The notes: generated from the letters alone by a model not told the origin. A DNA stretch of 63,654 bases, filler included, from 8 parts of 8 records of this genome joined end to end with filler, not necessarily neighbours in it; one strand, 5' to 3'. Counted from the first letter of the whole stretch, positions 10,375 to 21,200 are shown. Program-made: numbers and translations.

Positions 10375-11658
10375 TATTTCCAAATATGGATGGTCTGATA
10401 TTGTAGCCATAGTGGCCAATATTCTTTCATTAATTTTTCCTCTTTTAGTTTTTTATAAGCTCAATAAAAAGAATTTTAAGAGCTATAGTGTGCTAATATT
10501 ATTTTCTCTTATATTGACTTTCTTGGTTTATTCATTTCAGGACAGCTTTATATTTATTATCCTATTTCACGCATTTAGTATAATAGCAATTTCTCTTGCT
10601 TTTGGAGAAAAGTTGCGAAAAATAATGATAATCTACCTAGCGATACTTTTAAGCTTTATCATAATTGAGGGTGCACTATTATTAGCAGAGTTTATTGCTC
10701 TTGAAATGGATTATGTACAGATGGCACATAATCCATTAATTGTTTCCGCACATGCGATTTTTGTTGGAATATCAACATTTTTAGTTTTTAAAAAATTTAA
10801 GATTAATAAACTAATTGAAAAGCACAAAGAAAGCTTACAGAGAGTTATTGTTATTTTGTTAAACATTCCTTTTTTAATTATTGTATTTAAGTTTTTATTA
10901 AGGAACGATATACTTGCGCCAGAGTTTTGGATTTTTCTTATAATGTTTTTTTTATTAATGTTTATTGTTATTAACTTTACTGCTATAAAAATATTTTCTG
11001 ACGAAATATCCGAAAAAAAATAATTAAAGAATATGAAGAGTATGTAAAATCAATGATACCATTTATTGAAGGGCTAAAAGCTGAACAGCATGATTTTAAC
11101 AATCATTTGCATGTTGTTCAAAGCTTAGCTATACAAAAAGCAAAAAGTCAAAGAGAGAGTTAATAAATTATATTAAGAAAATAGACTATGATTCAGGTAA
11201 ATACAGTTTATCAGAAGTTATGAGTAATAAGATATTGGCTGCAATCGTTACTGTAAAAAAAATGACGGCTGAACAAAAAGAAATAGAATTTACAATAGAC
11301 TTAGAAACCGATATTTTACCATGCAAAAACTATGAACAGACAAAACTAATATCTAATCTTTTAGATAATGCCATTGAGTCAGCTGAAAAATGCAAAGAAG
11401 AAAAAAGTAATTATAAAGAGTTATATTGATGATGATAAAATTATTTACTTAGTCAGTAATACTGTAGCTGATATAAATGAAATTAAACTAGATAAGATGT
11501 TTGTATCAAAAATTACATCTAAAAAGGAGAACAAAGAGCACGGATACGGATTAATGGAGGTAAAGAGAATTGTTGAAAAATACAAGGGTTCAATAGCTAT
11601 AGATATTCATGAAAACATAATATCAATTGAAATTGCGTTTGAGACAATGCAAGAATAG
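10367..11658 (+). CDS. AgrC/VirS-like sensor histidine kinase, split by three homopolymer frameshifts
   Basis: TM domain (10367-11020), H-box LKAEQHDFNNHL (~11075-11110, missing from the ORF track), N-box LISNLLDNAIE, G-box TSKKENKEHGYGL. Slips at A8 11013-11020, A5 ~11135-11146 and A6 11401-11406. Confidence 0.85.
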
Positions 11659-11668
11659 AAATCTACAA

Positions 11669-11734
11669 ATTTAGCAACAGTTTGTCGCTATTTCGGAACA
11701 CCAATAATAAAAAACAAATTAAATTTAGTATAAT
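11669..11734 (+). promoter_or_regulatory. Putative LytTR-activated promoter
   Basis: Direct repeat ATTTAGCAACA (11669) / ATTTCGGAACA (11690) with 21-bp period, perfect TATAAT at 11729-11734, no recognisable -35. Confidence 0.6.
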
Positions 11735-11846
11735 GTATTTTATATTAGCATTATATTATTTTCTAATCGTTTTAAAGTAAGTATAAGGGTATAGAAAAAA
11801 TAAAATACATAGAAGGATAGTTTGTTTTTTGTTGGGGTGGGTTATT

Positions 11847-14800
11847 ATGAAAAAATTTTTTAAAATTACGCTATTAATCTTGTTAGTACATATAATTTTA
11901 TTTTACCCAAGTAACGCTTTAGCAGATAGTAGTACGTCAGAAGGAATAGTTATAATCAACAACTCATGGTCGGACGACGGAAAAACCTTGCAGCATGCAA
12001 TAGAAGAATTACCGGATATTACTTCGGTATCCGATGTTACATCTCTTACAATTACAAGCACAGTTGCGGATACTCTAACAAATAAAGACATGGACTATAT
12101 AGGTGCTATGTCAAATTTGACTGTATTAGATGTTAATAATAATGTTAGCGTTGAAGATCAGTATCATGGTTACCTAAATGGACTTGGTAAATTAACGACC
12201 TTAAGTTTTCCTGCAACGTACTTTGGGGGATTTGCAAACAATTGCCAGAATCTTAAAACTGTGAATTTACCAAATGCAAAGTTATTAGACGATTCCTTTG
12301 CAAATTGCACTTCGTTAACTTCAATTACTTTACCAAAACTTCGTAGTACTGAAGGCTGTTTTTCAGGGTGCACTAACTTAAAAGAAATAACATTGCCTAC
12401 AATTGAATATTTTACTACATTCAGTGATACTGACCCTGGTTATGATCCCACATTTAATGGAATACCCTCCAAAATAACAATGAATCTGCCCGGCAACATT
12501 TTCCCAGATGTACGCTCAGGTTATTTTGATGGATATAATCCTAAAAGCAAAGGGGCAATAGTAAACGTACCCACTGGTACTGGAGAAGCGTATGATAGCT
12601 TTGATGGAATAAATGATAATATGTGGTATGGCTGGACTATTAATGAAACCGGTTCATATAAACAAGTGCATATTGTAACTTTCGATAGCAAAGGTGGTGG
12701 GGAAGTAAGCCCACAGTTTGTTATGCATGAAAGCAAAATTAGTTTCGCATATCCTACAAAGAAAGAAGGATATACTCATGCTGGATGGTTTAAAGAGGAA
12801 GCTTATATTAATCCATGGGATTTTGATACTGATATTGTTACAGAGGATATTACATTATACTTTAAATGGATTTCAGAAGATCCAAATAAACAGTTTACAA
12901 TCACTTTTAATAGCCAAGGCGGAACAGCAGTTGATTCACAAACTATTTTAAGCGGCTCTAATGCAGCAGAGCCAAACGCACCTGCAAAGGATAGTTTTGA
13001 CTTTGGCGGTTGGTATAAAGAATCATCTTGTATTAATAAATGGAATTTTGCCGTAGATACTGTGACAACTGATATTATGCTGTATGCCAAATGGACATCT
13101 ACAACACCCCCGTCCTATACACCAACTATAACAGGATATGATTATACTATGTACTTTAATACTATGACTGCAATGCTGTTTTTGTATTGGGATGAGGTCG
13201 AGGGTGCTGAAGAGTACTTAGTGGAATATGCAGGAGCTTATGAGGATATACCAGACTATAACAGAATAGGTAGCAGCCAAGTAGTAAATACGACGGCAAG
13301 GATTGCCAGTATTAGCGCAGATAATGATTATGTTTTTAGAGTTGCTGCTGTCGTAGACGGGGAAAAGTATTGGACAAACTCTTATCTAATTGAGTGGGAA
13401 AATGATATTAATTTACAAGCCCCAGCTAATTTTATAGTAACAGATGCTGATCAATCATCCATATCACTTTCGTGGGATGCCGTAAGTGGTGCAGATGGAT
13501 ATGAGATAAAATGGCAGGCTGAGGGGGCGGTTGTTAAATATTTCACCACTAGTAATGTTACCCATACGTTCGAATCATTAGATAGTGACACAAACTATAC
13601 TTTTACAGTAGGCGCTGTAAAAAACTGCGACAACGGAAGAGTTGTAGTATATAGTGAAAACGCTGTCACACAAAAAACTAAATATTACTGGAGAATAAAC
13701 TATTATCATAATGATTATATTGTTACAAAAAAACCAAAAGCGAATGTTTGGACAGAGCCGACTTCAAAATATGGCACATTAAAAGGAACTGTTGCTGAAG
13801 GAACAATCATTCATGTAGTGGAGACGTATAAAAACAGTAGTGGCAGCATTTGGTACAAAATGGATGATGGGTGGTTTATTTATAGTGGGAATGCGGAGAA
13901 AGCTGAAGAGACTGATCAAAACGATAATAATCAAGAAAAGTATTGGGAAACTAAAACTGTAAATAGCGTATATATGGTAGATAAGATACCTAATGCAAAT
14001 ATATGGTCTGAACCTACGTCAGACTCTGTTTTATTAGACACTATGAGTTTTGGTAGTTCTGTAAAAGTAGTTGCACATTATGAAAATCATAAGGGTAGTA
14101 TCTGGTATAAGCTTGATGACGGGCGCTATATTTATAGTAAAAATGTAAAACTTGTTATTGAAAACGCTGAATGTACTACAACTATAGGAGCAGACAGAAA
14201 ATATACAAACCACGAATACACTATTAACACAACATCTGATATTAATGAAATTGAAACTTATTTTAAATATGGTGTATCAAATTTAGAAGCTGAAATAAAT
14301 GATAATAAAATAACTTTTAAACAGGATGGCGATTGTCTGCTTGAAACATATCTGGTATTGGGAACTAGTAAAGTGATATTAGATTCCATTAATTTAAAGA
14401 TTTATAAAGATGTAATAATTCCGTATAATGATATGACACTAATTAATCAAGACGATTATGGTGACAAAACAATGAAAGGCAGCAGTACTATTGAATCTGC
14501 CGGTTGCGGCTATGCATCACTAACAATGGTAATAAATAGTATTAAAGATGAAAATATATTAATAACTGAGTTATATGAGAATTATTCCAATTATTATGTA
14601 GCTGGTAAAGGAATGAGTTGGGGCGCTATTGATGATATATTGGATGATTATAATATTGGCAATATGAGATTAGTTGATCAAAATTATAGTGAAGGGCAAA
14701 CTGGAGAAGATAAGGCTGAAATAGTTAATACATTGTTAGATGGCAAAATATTAGTTTGCTTGACCAAAGGAAGCAGCAAGCCCGGTAGTGCCGGCAAGTT

Positions 14801-15005
14801 TACTTCTGGTGGACATTATATTGTAGTAAATGGATATAGAGTTGTTAACGGAAAAGAAGAAGTATTAGTATTTGATCCAAATGGTTCAAACTACAATAGT
14901 ACTGATAGACTGGCAAAATTTGATAAGCACAAAACTGGAGCAAGATGGGTAGATTTGCGTTATATTTATTCCGATTCATTTATTGTTTGGAAGGTTGATA
15001 ATTAA
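11847..15005 (+). CDS. Secreted modular protein: BspA-type LRR, 2x Listeria-Bacteroides (Flg_new) repeats, 2x FN3, 2x SH3b-like, C-terminal C39-like cysteine peptidase
   Basis: Signal peptide (ALA-D); FANCTSLTSITLP repeats; VTFDSKGG...GWFKE...WDF..D.VT.DITLY.KW twice; LSWDAVSGADGYEI; ANVWTEPTS...SIWYKMDDGWFIYS twice; Q..GCGYASLTM, GGHYIV, VFDPN catalytic pattern. ATG at 11847 preferred over TTG at 11829. Confidence 0.85.
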   Translation: MKKFFKITLLILLVHIILFYPSNALADSSTSEGIVIINNSWSDDGKTLQHAIEELPDITSVSDVTSLTITSTVADTLTNKDMDYIGAMSNLTVLDVNNNVSVEDQYHGYLNGLGKLTTLSFPATYFGGFANNCQNLKTVNLPNAKLLDDSFANCTSLTSITLPKLRSTEGCFSGCTNLKEITLPTIEYFTTFSDTDPGYDPTFNGIPSKITMNLPGNIFPDVRSGYFDGYNPKSKGAIVNVPTGTGEAYDSFDGINDNMWYGWTINETGSYKQVHIVTFDSKGGGEVSPQFVMHESKISFAYPTKKEGYTHAGWFKEEAYINPWDFDTDIVTEDITLYFKWISEDPNKQFTITFNSQGGTAVDSQTILSGSNAAEPNAPAKDSFDFGGWYKESSCINKWNFAVDTVTTDIMLYAKWTSTTPPSYTPTITGYDYTMYFNTMTAMLFLYWDEVEGAEEYLVEYAGAYEDIPDYNRIGSSQVVNTTARIASISADNDYVFRVAAVVDGEKYWTNSYLIEWENDINLQAPANFIVTDADQSSISLSWDAVSGADGYEIKWQAEGAVVKYFTTSNVTHTFESLDSDTNYTFTVGAVKNCDNGRVVVYSENAVTQKTKYYWRINYYHNDYIVTKKPKANVWTEPTSKYGTLKGTVAEGTIIHVVETYKNSSGSIWYKMDDGWFIYSGNAEKAEETDQNDNNQEKYWETKTVNSVYMVDKIPNANIWSEPTSDSVLLDTMSFGSSVKVVAHYENHKGSIWYKLDDGRYIYSKNVKLVIENAECTTTIGADRKYTNHEYTINTTSDINEIETYFKYGVSNLEAEINDNKITFKQDGDCLLETYLVLGTSKVILDSINLKIYKDVIIPYNDMTLINQDDYGDKTMKGSSTIESAGCGYASLTMVINSIKDENILITELYENYSNYYVAGKGMSWGAIDDILDDYNIGNMRLVDQNYSEGQTGEDKAEIVNTLLDGKILVCLTKGSSKPGSAGKFTSGGHYIVVNGYRVVNGKEEVLVFDPNGSNYNSTDRLAKFDKHKTGARWVDLRYIYSDSFIVWKVDN

Positions 15006-15006
15006 T

Positions 15007-15594
15007 ATGAAAAAGATTTGTTTACTAATAATAGTTATGATATTTACTACTTTTATGAATTCATGTACAGCATGTAATAAAGCAGAAGTCGTCAGTGTTG
15101 ATGAAACAGAAAATATTGACGTTAATGAGATAACGGGTGAAAATAATATGAATACTGAGCATGCTCATGATGTAAATGCTACATATGATATGGTTGGAGA
15201 GATTGAAGATAAAGCATATTATAGTATTGATTTGTTTCTGGGATTATTAGAAGTGTTTACAGAGGAGCAATATGAAACAATTCATATAAAATTATTTTAT
15301 TTGTTTGAAACTATTTATAAGTCCAAAATAAATAACTATATTAGTGAAGAATATGTAAAAGAATGTGAAGCAAAATTAATAAATTATTTTAGTAATTTAG
15401 ACTATGAAGCGTTATATGCAAAAGCAGCACCTGTACCTATTGAAATGAAATGCTATGTTTATTTAAAAGAGGATTCAATTCAGATCCTGGATATAAGTAC
15501 AAGCTTTACAATTATTGCTATAATCGATGAAAAAGTAGAAGTAGAGTATTACGTAACAATTGGTAATGATGATTTAGATATAGTTGTAGAATAA
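15007..15594 (+). CDS. Putative acidic lipoprotein of unknown function
   Basis: MKKICLLIIVMIFTTFMNSC signal peptide with lipobox-like Cys. Starts 1 nt after the upstream stop. Confidence 0.7.
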   Translation: MKKICLLIIVMIFTTFMNSCTACNKAEVVSVDETENIDVNEITGENNMNTEHAHDVNATYDMVGEIEDKAYYSIDLFLGLLEVFTEEQYETIHIKLFYLFETIYKSKINNYISEEYVKECEAKLINYFSNLDYEALYAKAAPVPIEMKCYVYLKEDSIQILDISTSFTIIAIIDEKVEVEYYVTIGNDDLDIVVE

Positions 15595-15690
15595 TTAGTA
15601 AAATATTGGGGAGCGATTTCGGCTCTACACTCAGTAAGTGGCGTAATCTATGTTGTGCCAAGAAAAACGGACAATAAAAAGAGACTAAGC

Positions 15691-15727
15691 AAGATGACTT
15701 CCAAATTCAATGGGAGTCATCTTTTTT
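15691..15727 (+). terminator. Hairpin / intrinsic terminator
   Basis: AAGATGACTTCCA-AATTCAA-TGGGAGTCATCTT followed by a T run. Confidence 0.65.
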
Positions 15728-15789
15728 AATCCCCATTGAGGATGTTCAAAAGTATAATAACTGGGACTGTTGAAAAATAGAAATTTTTC

Positions 15790-15889
15790 NNNNNNNNNNN
15801 NNNNNNNNNNNNNNNNNNNNNNNNNNNNNNNNNTTAATTAATTAANNNNNNNNNNNNNNNNNNNNNNNNNNNNNNNNNNNNNNNNNNNN
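15790..15889. other. Artificial contig linker
   Basis: N44-TTAATTAATTAA-N44. Confidence 0.99.
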
Positions 15890-15890
15890 A

Positions 15891-15919
15891 AAAGGAGCTA
15901 AACTTTCGTTTAACTCCTT
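15891..15919 (-). terminator. Hairpin downstream of the tRNA fragment
   Basis: AAGGAGCTAAAC-TTTC-GTTTAACTCCTT. The A run on + gives a U tail on -. Confidence 0.5.
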
Positions 15920-15931
15920 AATTCTCAGTTT

Positions 15932-15957
15932 GTCGGGATGCCAGAATTCGAACCTGC
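15932..15957 (-). mobile_element. tRNA (Pro-like) 3' fragment, probable att site of an integrated element
   Basis: Minus strand GCAGGTTCGAATTCTGGCATCCCGAC is a T-arm plus acceptor 3' strand. No matching 5' half upstream. Confidence 0.6.
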
Positions 15958-16395
15958 TCCCGTTTGTGCCTTTATATCAATGATTTACTGAGGTCTTGAA
16001 TTTTTGGTTCACCGTATTGTTCACATTTAAAGAACCTTTTCTTCTATAATGTAAATACGAAAATATGTTCTGATTGACAATGGTTTATAAGCTTTGTTTA
16101 TAGATTATTTTTAAGCTTAATTATATAAAATAATTTTTATGTTAGAATTGGAGATTTGTTTGTTGAGCACCTTAAAAATCATTGCTTTTATGGTGGCTTC
16201 ATCAGGAGTGTATCTATACATTTGAAAGGATATTATAAAAGATAGTTTCTAATTTCATCTTTTCTGCATCAATTGTTAAAGTATTCAGGAGGAGGCTATG
16301 AAGGGATAGAACACCTGTATATTATAGATTTTCTGAAGTCTGCTTTTTATTCATCTAATTTTTTACAATTGTTTTTGGAATAAGCAGGTTAAATT

Positions 16396-16403
16396 TATAT
16401 TTG
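16396..16403 (+). promoter_or_regulatory. Bacteroidota -7 promoter box
   Basis: TATATTTG just upstream of the ATG at 16408, with TTTG further upstream. Confidence 0.6.
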
Positions 16404-16407
16404 TGCA

Positions 16408-16995
16408 ATGCAAAAACTAAACGGGATAGACGAGCTTAAACTCATTAAACGCCTTCGTGAGGGAGACCAAACTGCTTTTGAAATCCTATTTCGTTTTTAT
16501 TATCCTGGATTAGTTGTTTTTGCATCGCAAATCGTTCAGGATAGAGACGAAGCTACAGAAATCGTTCAGGATTTTTTTGTGCGACTTTGGGAAAACAGAA
16601 CCTCCATAAAAGAAACTTCATCGTTAAAATCCTATCTTTTTACTTCTGTTAAAAATCGTTCGTTTAATTTTTTAAAACACGAGGAGGTAAAGGAACAAGT
16701 CATTCAAAAAATAAAAGAGCTGACAGAGAACAATATGCTTTATGATTCCGATTTATTTGTAAAGTCTGAATTGCAGGAGAAAATTAAAACAGCAATAGCT
16801 AAACTGCCGGCACGTTGCAAAGAGGTATTTGTGATGAGTCGTTTCCAGGGATTAAGCAACGATGAAATAGCTACTAATCTAGATATCTCAAAACGTACGG
16901 TTGAAACCCAAATTTCGAATGCATTAAAAGTTTTGCGGATTGAATTAAAGGATTATGTTGGACTGCTTTTATTGCTCGGAATAATTAATCTATAA
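16408..16995 (+). CDS. ECF RNA polymerase sigma-70 factor (Bacteroidota expansion family)
   Basis: GDQTAFEILF, EIVQDFFVRLW, YLFTSVKN, LPARCKEVFVMSRFQGLSNDEIA, SKRTVETQIS. Confidence 0.95.
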   Translation: MQKLNGIDELKLIKRLREGDQTAFEILFRFYYPGLVVFASQIVQDRDEATEIVQDFFVRLWENRTSIKETSSLKSYLFTSVKNRSFNFLKHEEVKEQVIQKIKELTENNMLYDSDLFVKSELQEKIKTAIAKLPARCKEVFVMSRFQGLSNDEIATNLDISKRTVETQISNALKVLRIELKDYVGLLLLLGIINL

Positions 16996-17097
16996 AAAAA
17001 ATCATTTTTCTATACGTGTTCTTCTTTTCTGAATTGTATTCTTAATAGATTGCAAATGATAGCAACCTAAAGTTCCGGAAACGGAAGAATACAATTT

Positions 17098-18090
17098 ATG
17101 AAAATGACCAATAAAAATAAATCAAATTTAAAACAGATTAATACTTTTATTGAAAGCAGAAAGAATCTGAGTGACGAGCAGCTGGTCCTGGAAGCCGGAA
17201 AACTGATTCGTGAAATTGAGGATATTGAAGTCGATAAGGCTTTTCTGAATATACAACAGCGAATTTCAAGAAAAGGAAAACTTTTGAAACTTTACACGGT
17301 GGTAAGTCGCTATGCTGCAATATTAGTTCTTCCATTATTGCTGGTTTCTATTTGGGCACTTTTAAATACCAAACAACATGAGCCGAATGAAGAATTTGCG
17401 ATACAGGAAATTACCTGCCCCGTAGGAATGCGGTCGCAGGTTACTTTACCAGATGGAAGTCAGGTTTGGTTAAACTCAAACAGTTCAATTAAATATTCTC
17501 TCCCTTTTGTTCGGGAAACCAGAAATGTTGAATTATTAGGGGAGGCTTTTCTTGATGTTGCTAAAAAAGAGAATTCTCCTTTTTCCATTCATTCAGGAAA
17601 TGTAAAAGTTAATGTTCTGGGTACTCAATTCAATTTTAAATCATACGATAACGACAATACAGTTGAGGTAACCTTAAAAGAGGGTAAAATTAATCTGGGA
17701 TTAATGTCGGGAGACGTGGAGTTGTCAACGACCAAAATGCTACCGGGCGAGCATTTCGTTTTTGATAAAACTAATAATAAAGCCTATGTGAAAAAACAGG
17801 ATATCAATAACTTTTTAGGCTGGAAAGACAATAAACTTATATTGGATGACACTCCAATACTGGAAATGAAAAAGATTCTGGAACGTTGGTACGGTGTTGA
17901 AATTGAAATTGCCGATAGGGGTATTGAAAATTATAAATTCACTACAACCTTTGAAAATGAACCATTAGAGCAGGTACTTGAATTGCTGGAACTAAGTTCC
18001 CCTATAAAAATGGAATATATCCCGGCACGAATAAATAGAACCACAAAGCACATATTAAATTCAAAAATTATAATCTCGAAAAAGAATTAA
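17098..18090 (+). CDS. FecR-family anti-sigma factor
   Basis: Single TM, LPDGSQVWLNSNS, GEAFLDV, VLGTQFN, LERWYGV. Lies between the ECF sigma and SusC. Confidence 0.95.
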   Translation: MKMTNKNKSNLKQINTFIESRKNLSDEQLVLEAGKLIREIEDIEVDKAFLNIQQRISRKGKLLKLYTVVSRYAAILVLPLLLVSIWALLNTKQHEPNEEFAIQEITCPVGMRSQVTLPDGSQVWLNSNSSIKYSLPFVRETRNVELLGEAFLDVAKKENSPFSIHSGNVKVNVLGTQFNFKSYDNDNTVEVTLKEGKINLGLMSGDVELSTTKMLPGEHFVFDKTNNKAYVKKQDINNFLGWKDNKLILDDTPILEMKKILERWYGVEIEIADRGIENYKFTTTFENEPLEQVLELLELSSPIKMEYIPARINRTTKHILNSKIIISKKN

Positions 18091-18122
18091 AACGGATAAG
18101 CCTATGATATAAAGCTTACAAA

Positions 18123-18148
18123 AAAGGAAGTGCACCAACACTTCCTTT
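18123..18148 (+). promoter_or_regulatory. Stem-loop in the fecR-susC leader
   Basis: AAAGGAAGTG-CACCAA-CACTTCCTTT perfect 10-bp stem. Confidence 0.55.
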
Positions 18149-18210
18149 CAATTCACACCTTCCTACAGGTATAAATATTATTAATAAAACATTCAAATTT
18201 ATGAAAAAAA

Positions 18211-21200
18211 ATGATGAACTGCTACGGCTGTATCTTAGCTGTAGAAAAAATTATTATTATGCGTAATGCATTGTTTATTTTACTGGTGAGTACGTTGCAG
18301 GTTTTAGCAACCGGTTCGTATTCGCAAACTACCAAACTAAACCTCGAAATGAAAGGAGCTACAGTAAAAGAAGTTCTGAGTAAAATTGAAGATGAAAGTG
18401 AATTTTATTTCCTCTACAATAGCGAATTGGTCGATGTTGAAAAGAAAGTTGATATTTCGATTAAAAATAAAAAGGTTAATGAAGTATTAAATCAATTGTT
18501 TGACACCAATAAAGTTGAATTTCTATTCAAAGACAGGCATGTCGTTATATCTCCTAAAAAAGAAATTGTTCCGCAGCAAAAATCCGTTTCGGGTAAAGTA
18601 ACTGATGAAAATGGGGAACTACTTCCTGGGGTTACTGTAATAATTAAAGGAACAAGCAAAGGAACTGTTACTGATATAGATGGTAATTTTACGCTCCAAG
18701 GTATTTCAGCAAATGATGTACTCTCTTTTTCTTTTGTCGGTATGATTACTAGGGAAATTACAATTGTTAATCAATCAACTGTTAATATTACACTTGTTGC
18801 TGATGCTATTGGAATAGAAGAGGTTGTTGCCATTGGATATGGTGTTGCTAAAAAAAGCGACCTGACAGGTTCTGTATCTTCTATTTCCAATTCTACTATC
18901 GAAAAACAACCAATTATTCGTGTTGAAGATGCTTTAAAAGGACAGGCAGCTGGAGTTCAGGTTCAGCAACCAAACGGAGCTCCCGGTTCAGGAATGAAAA
19001 TTAGGATTCGGGGTGCGAATTCAATTAATGGCAGTAATGACCCGTTATATGTTATTGATGGTTTTGTTGGAGCCGATATCATCTCTCTTAATCCAAATGA
19101 AATTGCGTCTATCAACGTACTTAAAGATGCGTCGTCAACTGCAATTTATGGTTCGAGAGGTGCAAATGGGGTTGTTATTATAACAACTAAAACAGCAAAG
19201 ACAGGCGATGCTAAAATCGAATTTGAATCGTTTTATAGTGTTAATCAAATTAGCAAAACTTATGATTTGCTTGACGGTGTGCAATACATGGAAACTATAA
19301 ATGAAAGACATGCTGCAATTGGTGTTAATGCTCAGTTTTCTCAAGATGAAATTGATGCTATTAGAGCCAATGGAGGTACTGATTGGCAAGATGAAGTGTT
19401 TAGACAAGGAGCAACACAAAACTACCAGTTGTCGTTTTCTGGCGGAACCGAAAAAACAAAGTATTATTTATCTGGGTCTATAGCCGACCAGGATGGTATT
19501 ATTATAAATTCGGATTATAAAAGATATGGTCTTCGTACCAATATTAATTCAAAATTGAGAAAGAATTTTGATTTGGCTTTCACAATGTATTCGACGTATG
19601 AAGAATCACGAAATAATTATAATCAGAATGGACGAAATGCTCCGGCAGGGGTGGCACTAATTTACCCTTCAAATATTCCAATTTGGGACGACGAAACAAA
19701 CAATTATACTGAATCGCCATCATATGGACCAATTGCTGCCAATCCCATTTTTTCTGCTAAAGAGAGAATCTACGATAACAAGAAATTTCAGACACTGGCA
19801 CATTTAGACCTGAAGTATCAAATTACCGAAGCCCTGTCTTTGTCAATAGGTGGAGGTGCAAAAGGTTATTTCTTCGATAATCCTTTCTTAAAAACAGCTA
19901 GTCCTATTTCTCCAGTTTCGAATACAGAGGCTGGTCATTCTAATGGATATGGATGGAATTTACAAAATACAAACACCTTAAATTATCTTAAACATTTTGC
20001 TGAAAAACACTTGTTTAGTGCAACTGTTGTTTATGAACAACAAATGAATATTTCTAGATCGAATAGTTCATGGGCCACAGGTTTTCCAACTATTTCGTTG
20101 GGCTACGATAATTTAGGATTGGGAGATACCAGACGCGTTAATTCGGGTTATCAGGATTGGTCTTTACAATCCTTTTTAGGAAGATTAAATTATACTTTTG
20201 ATGGTAAATATCTATTTACGGCAACATTCAGGGCTGATGGTTCTTCCAAATTTTATGGAGATAATAAGTATGGATATTTCCCTTCTGGAGCTTTTGCATG
20301 GAGAATGTCGAATGAACCTTTTATTAAACAAATAGATGCAATTCAGAATTTGAAATTACGAGCAAGTTATGGATTAACCGGTAGTCAGGCTGTTGGGCCA
20401 TATAAAACATTGAGTTTGTTAAGTTTAGGACAAAATTTTTCTTATGATGGTAGTACAAATCAATCTATTGGAATTGGACCTGGTGTTGCAGCCAATCCCG
20501 ATTTAAAATGGGAAACTACATCGCAGGTAAACATTGGACTAGACTTTGGGTTATTTAAGGGTAGACTTTCGGGTACTGCGGATTATTATCGCAAAGAGAC
20601 AACTGATTTGCTGATGAATCTTTCTGTTCCATTGTATTCAGGAGGGGGAGCGATTACCCAAAATGTAGGTTCGCTTGAAAATAAAGGATTCGAGTTTTTA
20701 CTTTCTGGTGTAATTGTCGATAAATCGAACTTCAAAATAAATACAAGTATTAATTTAAGTTTAAACCGAAACAAGCTATTGGATTTAGGCGACGAAACCG
20801 AGATCTTTACAGATGGCGGATATAGCGATGCTTCTTACTCTGCACCACCTTTTATATTAAAAGTAGGAGAGCCAATGGGACAGTTCAGAGGGCTGGTTTT
20901 TGATGGTTTATGGCAAAGCGACGAGGCTGCTATGGCTGCTGAATATGGAAAAGTTCCAGGAGATTCAAAATATATTGACGTTGATGGAAATAAAAGTTAT
21001 GGTGGTGAAGATATGGTAAACATTGGTTGTGCTCAGCCTGATTTTATCTGGGGCTGGAACACAACCATGGAATATGGAAATTTTGATTTTTCGTTATTTG
21101 TAAATGGAGTGCAGGGTAACGATGTTTGGAATCAGACTCGATGGTTGACAATCGGCATGGGAGCCGATGTGAAAAATCCAACATCAGTTGATATACAAAA

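Noticed and set aside
11733-11780. 15-aa ORF MYFILALYYFLIVLK as an AgrD-like signal peptide
   Set aside because: Its ATG overlaps the -10 box, there is no RBS, and it has no Cys/Pro-containing AgrD pattern.
15932-16010. Complete tRNA gene
   Set aside because: No D-arm, anticodon arm or acceptor 5' strand can be formed upstream of the T-arm.
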